The notes beneath the pieces are model-generated. The model did not search any database. It was not told where the DNA came from and saw nothing but the letters and a program-made list of their open reading frames with translations. A program made the translations under genes and the position numbers. Positions 45,901 through 51,090 of a DNA stretch of 64,000 nt are shown piece by piece. Position 1 is the stretch's first letter. Each line of letters opens with the position of its first letter. Source of the stretch: Bacteroidales bacterium (GTDB taxonomy: Bacteria > Bacteroidota > Bacteroidia > Bacteroidales > TTA-H9); the NCBI GenBank assembly GCA_030656615.1, contig JAUSOY010000056.1, positions 50 to 64,049 of the forward strand, in the 5' to 3' direction.

Positions 45901-48554
45901 CGAGCAACGGATGTTATGATACCATTGTAAAACCTGTAACCGTATTCGCCTTACCATCAGTGATGTTTAGTGCAGATACCGTTTGTTTTGGAGACTCGAC
46001 GCATTTCACCGATTTAACAAGTATCCCGGGGGCAATGATTGAATCGTGGACCTGGAATTTCGGTGATCCTTTCTCCGGTGCGGCCAATACGTCAAGCTTA
46101 CAAAATCCGGCGCATTTGTACACGATTGCAGGAAACTTCAATGTAAGCCTCTATGTTGCTGATACCAATGGCTGCATTGGAAATATTACTCAGCCTGTTA
46201 AAGTCAACGCATTGCCCGCCCCAGCCTTTACCTATACTGCTGCCACCTGCCAAAATACAGCTATAGCCTTCAATGATGAATCAACCAGCCCTGATGGAGG
46301 TATCATGTGGTGGAACTGGAATTTCGGTGATGGAACGGATACTATTATTTTCGCACCGGCAAATCCTGATTTAAATCACATTTATACTAGTCAGGGACAA
46401 TTCCAGGTCACCTTAATTGTGGCTGATTCTAACGGTTGTTCCGATTCAGTTTCTCACTATTTGACCATTTGGCCTGTACCTGAGGCCGGATTTACCTGGT
46501 CTGATTCTGCCTGTACAACGGGTGTTATTTATTTTGCTGACACTTCAATTTCGACCGGTGGAAATATCAGTAGTTGGTTCTGGGATTTTGAATACCCGAA
46601 TCAATACTGGTCGCCATTGCAAAATCCGGTACATTATTATCCGCACAGCGATTCAACCTATGTAGTGATGTTGGCCATTGAAGAAATCCATGGTTGTAGA
46701 GATACTGTTTTTGATACCATCTATGTGAGTCCCGGATTTACAGTTGATTTTAATTTACAGACTGCGTGTTTCAGCGATACAGCAAGTTTCACGCCTGTGG
46801 TAATATCCGCTCCGGGAGACAGTATCGTTTCTGCCTTATGGACTTTTGGTGATGGAACCACATCCACACAAATCAATGCCACCCATGTATATCCAAATCC
46901 CGGTTTATATTATGTACAACTGAAGACATGGAATCAGTTTGGTTGTGATGCATTTATTATCAAACCCATTACCATCCAATCGCTGCCCGAAGTTGTATTT
47001 ACCGCTCCACCAGCAGGTTGTAACGATTCAACGGTATTTACTGATCAAAGTGTTCCGAATGCTGCATCCATTGTTTCGTGGCATTGGTACTTTGGAGATG
47101 GAAGCGATACGCTTATACTGGCTCCTTCATTGCCCAATGTATGGCATCATTATCCTCCGGAAGGTGGAATTTATACTGCCACACTGATAGTGACAAATTC
47201 AAATGGATGTACTGACTCGCTTCAGCAGGAAGTAGTGAGGTTCTCATGTTTGAACACAGCTTTTGATGCTCCCAATGTTTTATGTTCCGGAAAGGATGCC
47301 ATGTTTATCGATCTCACGAATACGGGAAGTCCGACTGTGAGTATTACTTCATGGAATTGGGAATTTGGAGATGGTCAAAGTCTTAATTATACCACTAAAC
47401 GGGATACAATTTATCATAATTATGCTCAATCGGGTTGGTATGATGTTCGTTTAATTGTTGAGGCTCTAGTTGGAACAACCATCAAATCGGATACTGCCTC
47501 CCAGAAATTAAGAGTATTCGTAAGTCCAAATGCTGATTTCACTTACACGGTGCCTTGTGATGGATTGAAAGTAACTTTCAAGGATATTTCTACCATTGAT
47601 TCCGGAAATATCGTTCAGTGGAATTGGAATTTTGATGACGGTGGAAGTTCTGCCTTGCAGCATCCAACTCATACATTTATCGGATTGTCAGGATTTGATG
47701 TTCAGATGATTGCTACTTCCAATAATGGCTGTGCCGATACTGCTGTGCACCTGCTCGAAACACATTCGGTGCCGCCCGTAATGCTATCAGCACCTGACTC
47801 CGTTTTCTGTGGAAACACTTTGGCTATTACGTTCAGAGACCTTTCCAACGTGCAACATTCGCAATACGTCTGGGATTTTGGTGATGGAACCGTACTTACC
47901 AATAACAGCGATTCTGTAACTCATGTATTTGAATATGGTGAATACGCGGTGAGTCTGACGGTTAAAACCGCCGATAACTGTAAAAATTCAGATACAATGA
48001 ATATTGTATTGAATCCTCAACCCTACCCTGCGTTCTCCTTCTTCCCCGATAGCATCGGAATACTCGATGGAAAAGTTGCATTTGTTGACGAATCGCTTTC
48101 TTCCGGTGCATCACTTGAAAGCTGGAGATGGCTATTCGGCGACGGAAAAGATACAATTGCCAGAAACCCCATCCACACCTATCGTGATACGGGTTTCCAT
48201 AAAGTTTATCTTATCGTAACCGATTTCAACGGATGTTCTGATACTGCAATGAGAACTGTAAGAGTATTCCCTGAACTGGCATTCTTTGTGCCAACAGCGT
48301 TCTCACCGAATGGCGATAATAAAAACAATGTTTTCAAACCCAAAGGAGCCTACTTCCAGAAAAAGACATTCCTGATGCAGGTGTTCAGCCGCTGGGGTCA
48401 GCTTGTATTCGAAACAACCGATTACAATGAAGGGTGGAATGGTAAATATGCCGGAAATGACAGCCCTGTAGGAGTTTACATCTGGGTGATTTCCTTGCGA
48501 GACATGTATAATGATAAGGAAGTTTATAAAGGCAACGTGATGCTTGTTCGTTAA
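30993..48554 (+). CDS. Giant (5,853 aa) T9SS type-B cargo / cell-surface adhesin: signal peptide, ~450-aa N-terminal region, ~19 SprB-type repeats, ~45 PKD-type repeats, gliding-motility-type CTD
   Basis: A single uninterrupted ORF of 17,562 nt. The signal peptide ends ...SIGQIQAQ. The repeats were counted by eye (see the sub-features). The C-terminus matches the type-B CTD, and a hairpin terminator follows the stop. Confidence 0.9.
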   Translation: MGIRIQRYIYRIAGFILLSMSIGQIQAQTTLYWVGGQGEWQNTLHWATASGGSTHPATPPGITDHVTFDDNSFSDGDTVFVYNSNAVSNNMIWNTTKFVTFFATKPVIIYGNLQLAATMTNFLSGGLLFSSTTTGNQIITNNVEIAGAVHFDGIGGSWTLQGDFNVFFQINLNAGTLNTNGYLISCMHFYSVTNFNRTLNIGNSIFTIYLQSPSGGFSWNIENSSSFTLIAGGTSQINFTSSSLSRMRAGDNLTYDNITFYGAGTLHTTNSSFKNVIFGLLKTLNAGNSYSGNLGEVVALAYKNTFNNVTFYDHGTINGYRNTVNQITEFRGNGSILKGSNNLGHLNQYRYYGYLGSTNPNKLTLQNDSTQTMSALSLIGAILCQHTVITSSSTSPGLHAHIFTPNPISLQYVDLRYIKGKNIPDPNALGIAPDTAVNSLNTNNINWVFPDNYKIPVIDSLQITNVSPCHNNNNGQIKVYASGGMTGSTFQYNLTGPVSYTWQTSSLFINLPKGTYQVQIRESRGTPPSTLICFTSSVTQAIISGPNPITISSISTINPTCADSCNASLTIHARGGTKPLRYSINWNFATGSGTFQTDSVFRKRCAGTYSNIMVRDVTGCYYNGQQLVKVITAPPLIVIGAVSSSNITCNSLTDGTINISASGGTGALTYTLNPGSIINSSGIFTGLSANTYTITVTDANSCPKYSNPITIVNPPALQITSEIAFAVSCNNGNDGRIEVLTTGGTGQRTFKLMPAGTTNTTGIFTGLASGSYYIVVTDINLCSLTGSTLTVNNPPVIQITSSTFTNVTCNNQNNGSITIQASGGTGILNFILNPPAISSSTGNFTNLAAGNYTVVITDEKNCSITSTLISITNPSAIILTSIQDSVNCPGGNDGCAVIQASGGIPPYTYLWNSVTPNVANDTMCNLPAGVYTVVATDANNCNTNGFVQVLQPDPLVIDFSSGAFPNPSPPPDYLYFASASPSGGTGPYTHLWETGATTAIITNLPEGVYTDTITDAHGCRIYDSVFLQALDCQIVAFRNVLCNGGNSGWALVSGIGGNTPYQYSWRREGNATIIGSNAFINNLSVGDYEVTITDDNLISSICSVSITEPSELIVSIVTTPPLCFGGLGNLLGNATGGTPWLSTTHPRPYNYLWNNLQTSPSINVIAGNYQLIVTDSLGCTDTMSVTLSQPPQLLVQSLNVTHVSCNGFNDGQVQCISTGGSGTISYTLNPGAIVNTTGTFTDLSPGTYSIALEDINSCSTTSNSFTIIDPPALSINSINTTQISCNGSNNGSIQINGSGGTGQLNYTLNPDAIINQSGLFSNLAPGVYTITISDQNACNITSSTITIIDPPALSILTSSSSNISCNNANDGSISIQANGGMGTISYTLIPGNITNTSGIFNGLIAGTYLVAITDANSCTLNSGNFTIINPSTLTITSASSTNMSCHNIVDGSISITANGGTGTLTYILLPNNINNLTGQFNGLNAGTYTVEIKDINLCNLSSQPFTIINPEVISITGQNSTNLSCFNSNNGTITITASGGTSPLQFFLNPGNILSTTGIYSNLSPGNYSIIVTDINNCPFASTPTITIANPSALVINSESYTQISCRNAADGSINVSASGGTGTLSYTLNPGNIVNSTGSYSGLSEGTYTVTVTDANNCQISSSSFVLINPSAISTTNINKVNPTCFGFSNGSISITASGGTGSLQYSIDGGTTYQTSSTFNNLPIGFYNVYVKDANDCVGVYNLNPIQLIQPTLLSLGFSSIDPSCNGCSDGQITALPSGGTFPYTHSWNTGSSSSLITGLSAGIYYVDTLRDANLCIVIDSIVLTEPDVFIHSIDSANISCPGGSNGNITIHVSGGNKPYLYQWKKLPSAAIIGTDSTVINQSAGSFTIQVTDALGYMLHDTISLTQPSPFLVDFTQSFDSVCPGTNNAWITANVSGGTPGYSYIWSSGNSIPARPDSIFNLTAGTYNLSITDQNACVFNTSATIYNYINPTASFTINQACLGNPSLFTNTSTSTNSSILNWTYQFGNGDFITVNSPQSPNVSYVYPLPGVYTASLTVTDSHGCSSSVFTQSVTVNSIPAAAFTFDTVCYLTSTHFTDQSTTLAGAITSWVWNFGDGTSALQNPLHIFSSFGSQSVQLKVTDNIGCTDSITQIVLVDTLPQANFSYTDNCTGNTVSFTDLSQANATSILSWNWNFGDGYSSTLQNPQHSYVNFSIPYNVMLTVTNSNGCNHQITQSVQPGTPIGANFTFNITCLGGFTQFNAISTLSSVDIQSVNWYFGDGNSGSGISPVHTYSSAGIYSVTMILTSTLGCTQTISKLVTVNPNPLSNFLASTACLGSATQFTDLSFSPLSTVTQWLWDFGNGNTSILQHPSFTFTTSGPHPVSLRVWDVNGCTGISTQNITVNPLPLASFSSGNSCSGSQTPFTDNSLANGGIINQWLWDFGDGGFSSLQNPMHTYATNGNYLVTLQVWNSNSCSDDTTKLITVNPLPIADFTFDTACVGLPTTFTDLSQGVSAGLSSWHWKFGDGSTSVLQNPTHTYTNPGIYNVRLLVGNLLGCADSIIYSVLVNPLPTSQFTYSQACMGQTTFFTDLSNGNGGSIQSWLWDFGDGNTSTLQNPTHQFLLPGTYLVSLSVTNSNACLNITTMAVIVDEKPTASFTHTPPCLGTPTVFTDQSTAGSGSITQWTWIIDGSWTSNLQNPVFSFISAGNHSVSLIVQNSNGCNDTITEILFVEEYPVAAFTWSAGCAGLPVQFTDMSNPTSTSISTWVWNFGDGNSSTLQNPQHTYTQGGIFNVSLIVTKPGGCSNSISLPVTVDSIPVANFTHDTACSGLPTQFTDISQTYGSAIVSWSWDFGDPTTGVNNISSLQNPVHFFSIPGTFTVQMIVENMNGCTDIILKTINIFPGPLADFSFDTACFGSPTHFTDMTTSAGNIISWSWDFGAGLTSLVQNPTQILPITGNNSVNLSIQNINGCIASVSKNVFVDQNPVVGFSWSNPCNSNVVSFTDTSLSVTSPISTWLWDFGDGSFSSNQNPVHIYAVNQTYTISLTVSTSSGCNSTVSHSINVSSPYTVDFVWDTVCKGEPTHFTPIIPTGLTASTYSWNFGDGNSSTTANPTHQYTLAGLYNVMMSITDASGCSYGKNHIVSVNALPQPVFTYQASCVDSSVQFTDLTSGSVSARLWRFGDGNTSTLQNPIHSYALAGTYQVWLIITNSSGCSDSSMQTIVVFERPVAAFTASTACLNTATQFNDLSTTANGTLTGWQWDFGDGNSSTAQNPSHTYTTSGAKIVRLIVFNSSGCSDTSIQTIQINTLPLAGFNNTTACYGQATQFTDTSSSINGAITSWFWNFGNGNSSTTQNPQFTYNTAGNFTVSLSIQDISGCIAITSKTITVNPLPICNFTFSNNDCGNSPVQFTDISNGNGSAISGWLWNFGDGNTSALQNPAHQYASTGSYSVSLTVTNANTCTATSIKTVFIQEAPIAAFSVSNTCTNQIAQFTDQSTTTLGNIIQWNWNFGDPGSGLYNTSILQNPTHSFTGPGTYNVRLIITSSTLCKDTLILPVSILQGPLAAFNFTSACAGDTTYFTDISTGNAAAVVSWSWNFGDGNSSIQQNPKHNYANSGNFSVNLVVTDANGCTSLKNRQVVVNPLPSPLFQFSGNCVGQPTFFNDFSNGSGASITTWGWDFGDPSSGVLNYSSIQNPSHIFNIAGTYTVTLTIINSNGCQNMTTQTVVIIPAPIANFTFASSCAGQPVNFTNTSTSNGGTLNSFFWDFGDGSISTLQFPVHTFVNSGIYQVSLTVSNTNGCVANVVKPVTIDPAPTVNFDYLRPNCFGDTTYFVNLTSATSGSGLTYLWNFGDGNSSTIRNPKHLYTTSGTYQVSLVVQSSNGCQGSKTKPVKVNASPISGFVYTALNCSLLQFTGNSYDPDTTITAWYWNFGDPGSGINNTSSLQNPQHTFSQAGVFNVQLMSVNAYGCSSTIIQAVTINMPVADFSTASGGNCMGNPVQFNDLSTGSGSTINQWLWNFGDGTTSTQQNPTHTYVNGGNYLVTLTVWTVSGCQGSITKPMNIQYGPQSNFTYSYPNCLGGPVQFNDVSVSASGVAIVSRSWDFGDGTFSTLSNPIHTYSFASTYQVQLSVTDANGCTSTILKPIKIYPGPDALFSYTINNCTSAQFTDQSTDPDTTITGWLWNFGDPTSGPNNISSLKNPLHQFTSASTYQVRLIAYNALGCQDTTYQTIVINAPVANFTATSPCLLNPVQFTSTSTSIGSSIVSWSWQFGDGGTSTVQNPSHVYQNAGNYQVSLLVTNAVGCQASVIKTVVIKPKPTANFQFDTPCRGDSTHFYDLSMGAGNATINTWLWSFGDGSTSTLINPVHKYLNAGIYNVSLQVNDVNGCMDDTLMQVTVFAKPLANFVSNTVNCDTTYFTNTSSAGTGANIVLSRWNFGDPSSGIFNTSTQTNSWHVFTLPNTYNVRLIVSNNYGCRDTITKQVLYDPFPQPDFTFDTACSGYATSFTALNTAPNITGYQWTFGDGFTGVGVNPQHTYVNPGIYNVTLVITNSDLCTNHITKQVLVKASPIVNFTVNGPACSSGPVNFTNQSTGNSGIISTYLWDFGDGTTSALIHPSHLYTAPGTYNITLTTTNSNGCFTSITKPVVVNPGPNVDFTNDTVCLGLPTSFVSLATPNTQALNYWHWNFGDGQNLNGVLNPTHVFATSGIFNVTHTVRDIAGCEASIMIPVEVYPLPQAAFATSADTLCHQDTVYFVDQSIAPAGIASWTWYFGEPSSGAADTSHLQNPAHRYAVQGTYYITLIIIDNNGCQHQTTDSVVIQPLPVVNFNYTVSCANDTTFFTDLSYVTGGQIVSYLWDFGDGTTSTLKNPFHIYGAITNDTIYQVTLTATSNLGCSQIKIRPVPVWAPPMADFSFQSACQGSMINFTNLSTSPSGFIVSWAWDFGDSTYSGLPNPFHLYDTAGTYNVQLIVASSNGCYDTIVKPVTVFALPSVMFSADTVCFGDSTHFTDLTSIPGAMIESWTWNFGDPFSGAANTSSLQNPAHLYTIAGNFNVSLYVADTNGCIGNITQPVKVNALPAPAFTYTAATCQNTAIAFNDESTSPDGGIMWWNWNFGDGTDTIIFAPANPDLNHIYTSQGQFQVTLIVADSNGCSDSVSHYLTIWPVPEAGFTWSDSACTTGVIYFADTSISTGGNISSWFWDFEYPNQYWSPLQNPVHYYPHSDSTYVVMLAIEEIHGCRDTVFDTIYVSPGFTVDFNLQTACFSDTASFTPVVISAPGDSIVSALWTFGDGTTSTQINATHVYPNPGLYYVQLKTWNQFGCDAFIIKPITIQSLPEVVFTAPPAGCNDSTVFTDQSVPNAASIVSWHWYFGDGSDTLILAPSLPNVWHHYPPEGGIYTATLIVTNSNGCTDSLQQEVVRFSCLNTAFDAPNVLCSGKDAMFIDLTNTGSPTVSITSWNWEFGDGQSLNYTTKRDTIYHNYAQSGWYDVRLIVEALVGTTIKSDTASQKLRVFVSPNADFTYTVPCDGLKVTFKDISTIDSGNIVQWNWNFDDGGSSALQHPTHTFIGLSGFDVQMIATSNNGCADTAVHLLETHSVPPVMLSAPDSVFCGNTLAITFRDLSNVQHSQYVWDFGDGTVLTNNSDSVTHVFEYGEYAVSLTVKTADNCKNSDTMNIVLNPQPYPAFSFFPDSIGILDGKVAFVDESLSSGASLESWRWLFGDGKDTIARNPIHTYRDTGFHKVYLIVTDFNGCSDTAMRTVRVFPELAFFVPTAFSPNGDNKNNVFKPKGAYFQKKTFLMQVFSRWGQLVFETTDYNEGWNGKYAGNDSPVGVYIWVISLRDMYNDKEVYKGNVMLVR
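32350..36960 (+). repeat. About 19 tandem ~80-aa SprB-type modules (coding)
   Basis: The recurrent pattern is C-N-x-x-N/D-G-S-I-x-I-x-A-S/N-GG-T-G-x-L-x-Y-x-L-N-P ... G-x-Y-T-V-x-V-T-D-x-N-x-C. A second flavour has GG-x-x-PY-x-Y-x-W. I counted 19 units from the GG cores. Confidence 0.75.
36960..48270 (+). repeat. About 45 tandem ~83-aa PKD-type modules (coding)
   Basis: The recurrent pattern is A-x-F-T-x-x-x-x-C-x-G-x-x-T-x-F-T-D-x-S ... W-x-W-x-F-G-D-G-x-x-S-x-x-Q-N-P-x-H-x-Y ... G-x-Y-x-V-x-L ... N-G-C-x-D. I counted 45 W-x-F-G-D-G-type cores by eye. The units are diverged at the nucleotide level. Confidence 0.8.
48273..48551 (+). other. T9SS type-B (gliding-motility-associated) C-terminal sorting domain of the giant protein
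   Basis: FFVPTAFSPNGDNKNNVFKPKG...QVFSRWGQLVFET...EGWNGKYAGNDSPVGVYIWVISL...YKGNVMLVR matches the consensus I remember for this domain (PNaFTPNGDG.ND.F...RWG..VF...GWdG...G...p.GvY.y.....G.v.LiR). Confidence 0.85.
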
Positions 48555-48555
48555 A

Positions 48556-48593
48556 AATAAGAAAGCCGGGCGTTTATACCCGGCTTTCTTATT
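48556..48593. terminator. Intrinsic terminator directly after the giant gene
   Basis: aataagaaagccggg (48556-48570) and cccggctttcttatt (48579-48593) are exact reverse complements with an 8-nt loop. The GC core is flanked by an A-tract and a T-tract. It begins 2 nt after the stop codon. Confidence 0.8.
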
Positions 48594-48702
48594 TATCATA
48601 TTCAACAAAATACTCTCATTGAAGAATATAGAACTACTTTATAAAATTATAGCGCTAATAAAATCCATCCATTCAATTACACTGTTTAATAATTACGAGG
48701 AA

Positions 48703-49212
48703 TTAACCGGGAATTTTACCTCCGTCAAGAAACTCCTGATATTCAAACAACTCTTTCCATTCTCCTCTGAATGCCATCCCTGCCTGATCGGGCCATGTTC
48801 CGGGATCATGAATCCTGAATTTTTCTTCATCCACTGCATATAGAATTGACCTGATTTGAGAAGATGTGGTTATTGATAATTCTTTCCAGGTATTAATACC
48901 AGCATTAGTCAGAATCCCTTCAATGACAGGTCCTATACCTTCCACGATTTTAAGATCGTCTTCTATAATATTCTTTCCAAATACCGCTTTTATTGCAGCG
49001 GCATCATAATTTGATATTACAGCTCCCATTCTGGATTTTTGTTGTGAGTTTTTTTCACAATCATTCAGCTTAATTTTAAGGCTTGCTATCTCTTCATTTA
49101 GCAATTTGATGGCGCCTCCTCTCAGAAGCCAGCCAATTATAAATCCTAATAAAGCAGCAACAATAAGTGCTAATAGGATAAATGTTAAGTCGGATGCAAT
49201 TCTTTCCATCAT
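48703..49212 (-). CDS. Membrane-anchored coiled-coil protein with a C-terminal helix-hairpin-helix (DUF4332-like) domain
   Basis: The N-terminal TM is LTFILLALIVAALLGFIIGWLL. LKIVEGIGPVIEGILTNAGINTWKEL...IHDPGTWPDQA matches a widespread Bacteroidota HhH module. It follows the OmpA gene by 28 nt. Confidence 0.6.
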   Translation of the reverse strand: MMERIASDLTFILLALIVAALLGFIIGWLLRGGAIKLLNEEIASLKIKLNDCEKNSQQKSRMGAVISNYDAAAIKAVFGKNIIEDDLKIVEGIGPVIEGILTNAGINTWKELSITTSSQIRSILYAVDEEKFRIHDPGTWPDQAGMAFRGEWKELFEYQEFLDGGKIPG

Positions 49213-49240
49213 TTTTTTGATTTTTTGAAATACGGTTTGA

Positions 49241-50110
49241 CTAAATTAATTTCATTTCCACTCTGCGATTCTTTGCTTTGCCTTGTTCTGTATTATTATC
49301 GGCCACAGGCTCGTCAGATCCCCTGCCATCCAACTCAATATTTGATCCGCTAATACCTTTGCTCACCATATACGATTTTACAGCTTTTGACCGCCTATTA
49401 CTTAATTGCTTGTTGAATTCGTTACTACCATCCCAATCAGTATGACCAATAACAGAAACTTTCTGGTCTGGAAATTTTTCTAGGTAAGCGGATAAGTCTG
49501 TGATGAATAATTGAAATTGGGGCGTATCCGTAATGGAAATGCTGGCTGATTCAAAATAAATAACCGGGGGATTACTAAGACTTTCTGTTAAACCATTGGA
49601 TTCCATTTCCACTGGTTTCTTTGAATCTTCAGGTAAATCGTTAATGGCAAATTCGATAGCAGCATACGTACGTGCATTCTCATTATCAAAAATCAAATTA
49701 TCGTTTTGTATAAATGAAGTTGATATTTGATTTGTATCAATACCCATACGTATCAAAACGCTTCTTATCGTTTCGGCCCTTGCTAAACCGAGTTCATCGT
49801 CACCATTTTCCACGCGACTGAACATCCCCTTTAAATCAAGATGCTTATTTTTCTCCTCGTTTAAGTATTGTACCAGTCTTTCAAAACTTTGATTTATTCC
49901 CTCTGGCATAAATACATTTGCAGTACCGTATCCGAAATACAAGTTATTTTCGCTTGAAATACTAAAATTTCCATCAACAATACGCAAACCCGGAGTTGTA
50001 ATTGCGGCCTCCGTATTCCCGCAATTCTTTCGTATGTGGCAGACATAACAATAACTGGATCCCGCAATCCAAAGGATCAACAGAATCACTAAAATCCTTA
50101 TGCTTTTCAT
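49241..50110 (-). CDS. OmpA-family (peptidoglycan-associated) protein
   Basis: It has an N-terminal hydrophobic anchor/signal. The C-terminal GHTDWDGSNEFNKQLSNRRSKAVKSYMVSKGI...NRRVEMKLI is a canonical OmpA-like domain. Confidence 0.85.
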   Translation of the reverse strand: MKSIRILVILLILWIAGSSYCYVCHIRKNCGNTEAAITTPGLRIVDGNFSISSENNLYFGYGTANVFMPEGINQSFERLVQYLNEEKNKHLDLKGMFSRVENGDDELGLARAETIRSVLIRMGIDTNQISTSFIQNDNLIFDNENARTYAAIEFAINDLPEDSKKPVEMESNGLTESLSNPPVIYFESASISITDTPQFQLFITDLSAYLEKFPDQKVSVIGHTDWDGSNEFNKQLSNRRSKAVKSYMVSKGISGSNIELDGRGSDEPVADNNTEQGKAKNRRVEMKLI

Positions 50111-50145
50111 AGCTAATTATTTTGTTGTTTTCTGAAAATGAGGAT

Positions 50146-50153
50146 CAAATATA
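50146..50153 (-). promoter_or_regulatory. Candidate -7 box (TATATTTG on the minus strand) upstream of the OmpA gene
   Basis: The plus strand reads caaatata. It lies 36 nt upstream of the ATG at 50110. Confidence 0.3.
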
Positions 50154-50430
50154 AGTTCGTTTTAATTAAAATGCAAGTATTCAGATAAATACACCTCCAT
50201 CAAATAATAAAAATTAGCATTCATAAAAATTCCGAACGAATGAAACACTTCACATGGCAAGTGTATCGTAAAAACTTTCGCCCCAAAAACAATTATCGAT
50301 TAACTCTAAAAAATGTAGGCAACAAGGAATCAATCCCAGCAATATTTTCGATTGCCAAGTTCTTGAATAAGCAATAAACAATATTCAATTCCGTCAATTT
50401 TCATTATTTTCGGCACATAAACGAACTGGC

Positions 50431-51090
50431 ATGCTAAATCCGGATTTTCAGAAAACGATATCAACACTCATTCCTAAGCTTAAAACCTTTTACTCCAATG
50501 ATTTTTCGGGGCATGATTGGTATCACACTTTCCGGGTTTGGAAAATGTCGGAGTATATTGCAGTTAAGGAAAATGCAGATGTTTCTCTTTGTTGCATTTC
50601 CGCATTATTGCATGACGTCTCAGACTGGAAGAAAGATGAAGATGAAGGACATCAGCTAATCGTCAGCTGGTTGTTAGAATGCCAAATTCAAACAGAAATC
50701 ATTCAGAAAGTTTGTGAAATAATCTCTGAAACTTCATTTAAGGGAGCAAAGGTTGATGACAAAGCAACTTCATTGGAATCCAAAATTGTAATGGATGCCG
50801 ACCGCCTTGATGCCATTGGAGCCATAGGAATTGCAAGAGCTTTTGCATTTGGAGGCAGTCGTAACAATCCGATTCACATTCCGGATGATGAACTCCTGAT
50901 GGCATCATCTTTCGAGGAGTATAAATCCAGGACATCACCCGCCATCAGTCATTTTTATGAAAAACTTCTTCTTTTAAAAGACCGTATGAATACGGAAACT
51001 GCCAAGAAAATAGCAATAAACAGGCATCAGATACTGATCGATTTCCTTAAGGCATTTCATACGGAATGGGATTTTAAAGATTTGGAATAA
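50431..51090 (+). CDS. HD-domain phosphohydrolase
   Basis: GHDWYHTFRV...LLHDVSDWK...DADRLDAIGAIGIARAF shows the H..HD..D pattern of the HD superfamily. Confidence 0.8.
   Translation: MLNPDFQKTISTLIPKLKTFYSNDFSGHDWYHTFRVWKMSEYIAVKENADVSLCCISALLHDVSDWKKDEDEGHQLIVSWLLECQIQTEIIQKVCEIISETSFKGAKVDDKATSLESKIVMDADRLDAIGAIGIARAFAFGGSRNNPIHIPDDELLMASSFEEYKSRTSPAISHFYEKLLLLKDRMNTETAKKIAINRHQILIDFLKAFHTEWDFKDLE

Noticed and set aside
30993-48554. The possibility that the giant repeat gene is an assembly artefact or a recently expanded tandem array.
   Set aside because: Neighbouring repeat units differ substantially at the nucleotide level, and I found no long identical stretches by eye. The frame is intact over 5,853 codons, and the gene has a proper signal peptide, CTD and terminator. 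Only long reads can formally exclude a miscount.
31057-48608. About 30 small ORFs (60-116 aa) in alternative frames or antisense within the giant gene (for example 45186..45536 and 37892..38191).
   Set aside because: All lie fully inside one long, clearly coding, repeat-structured ORF. Their translations are low-complexity with no recognisable motifs. They are the expected by-product of a 17.6-kb gene.
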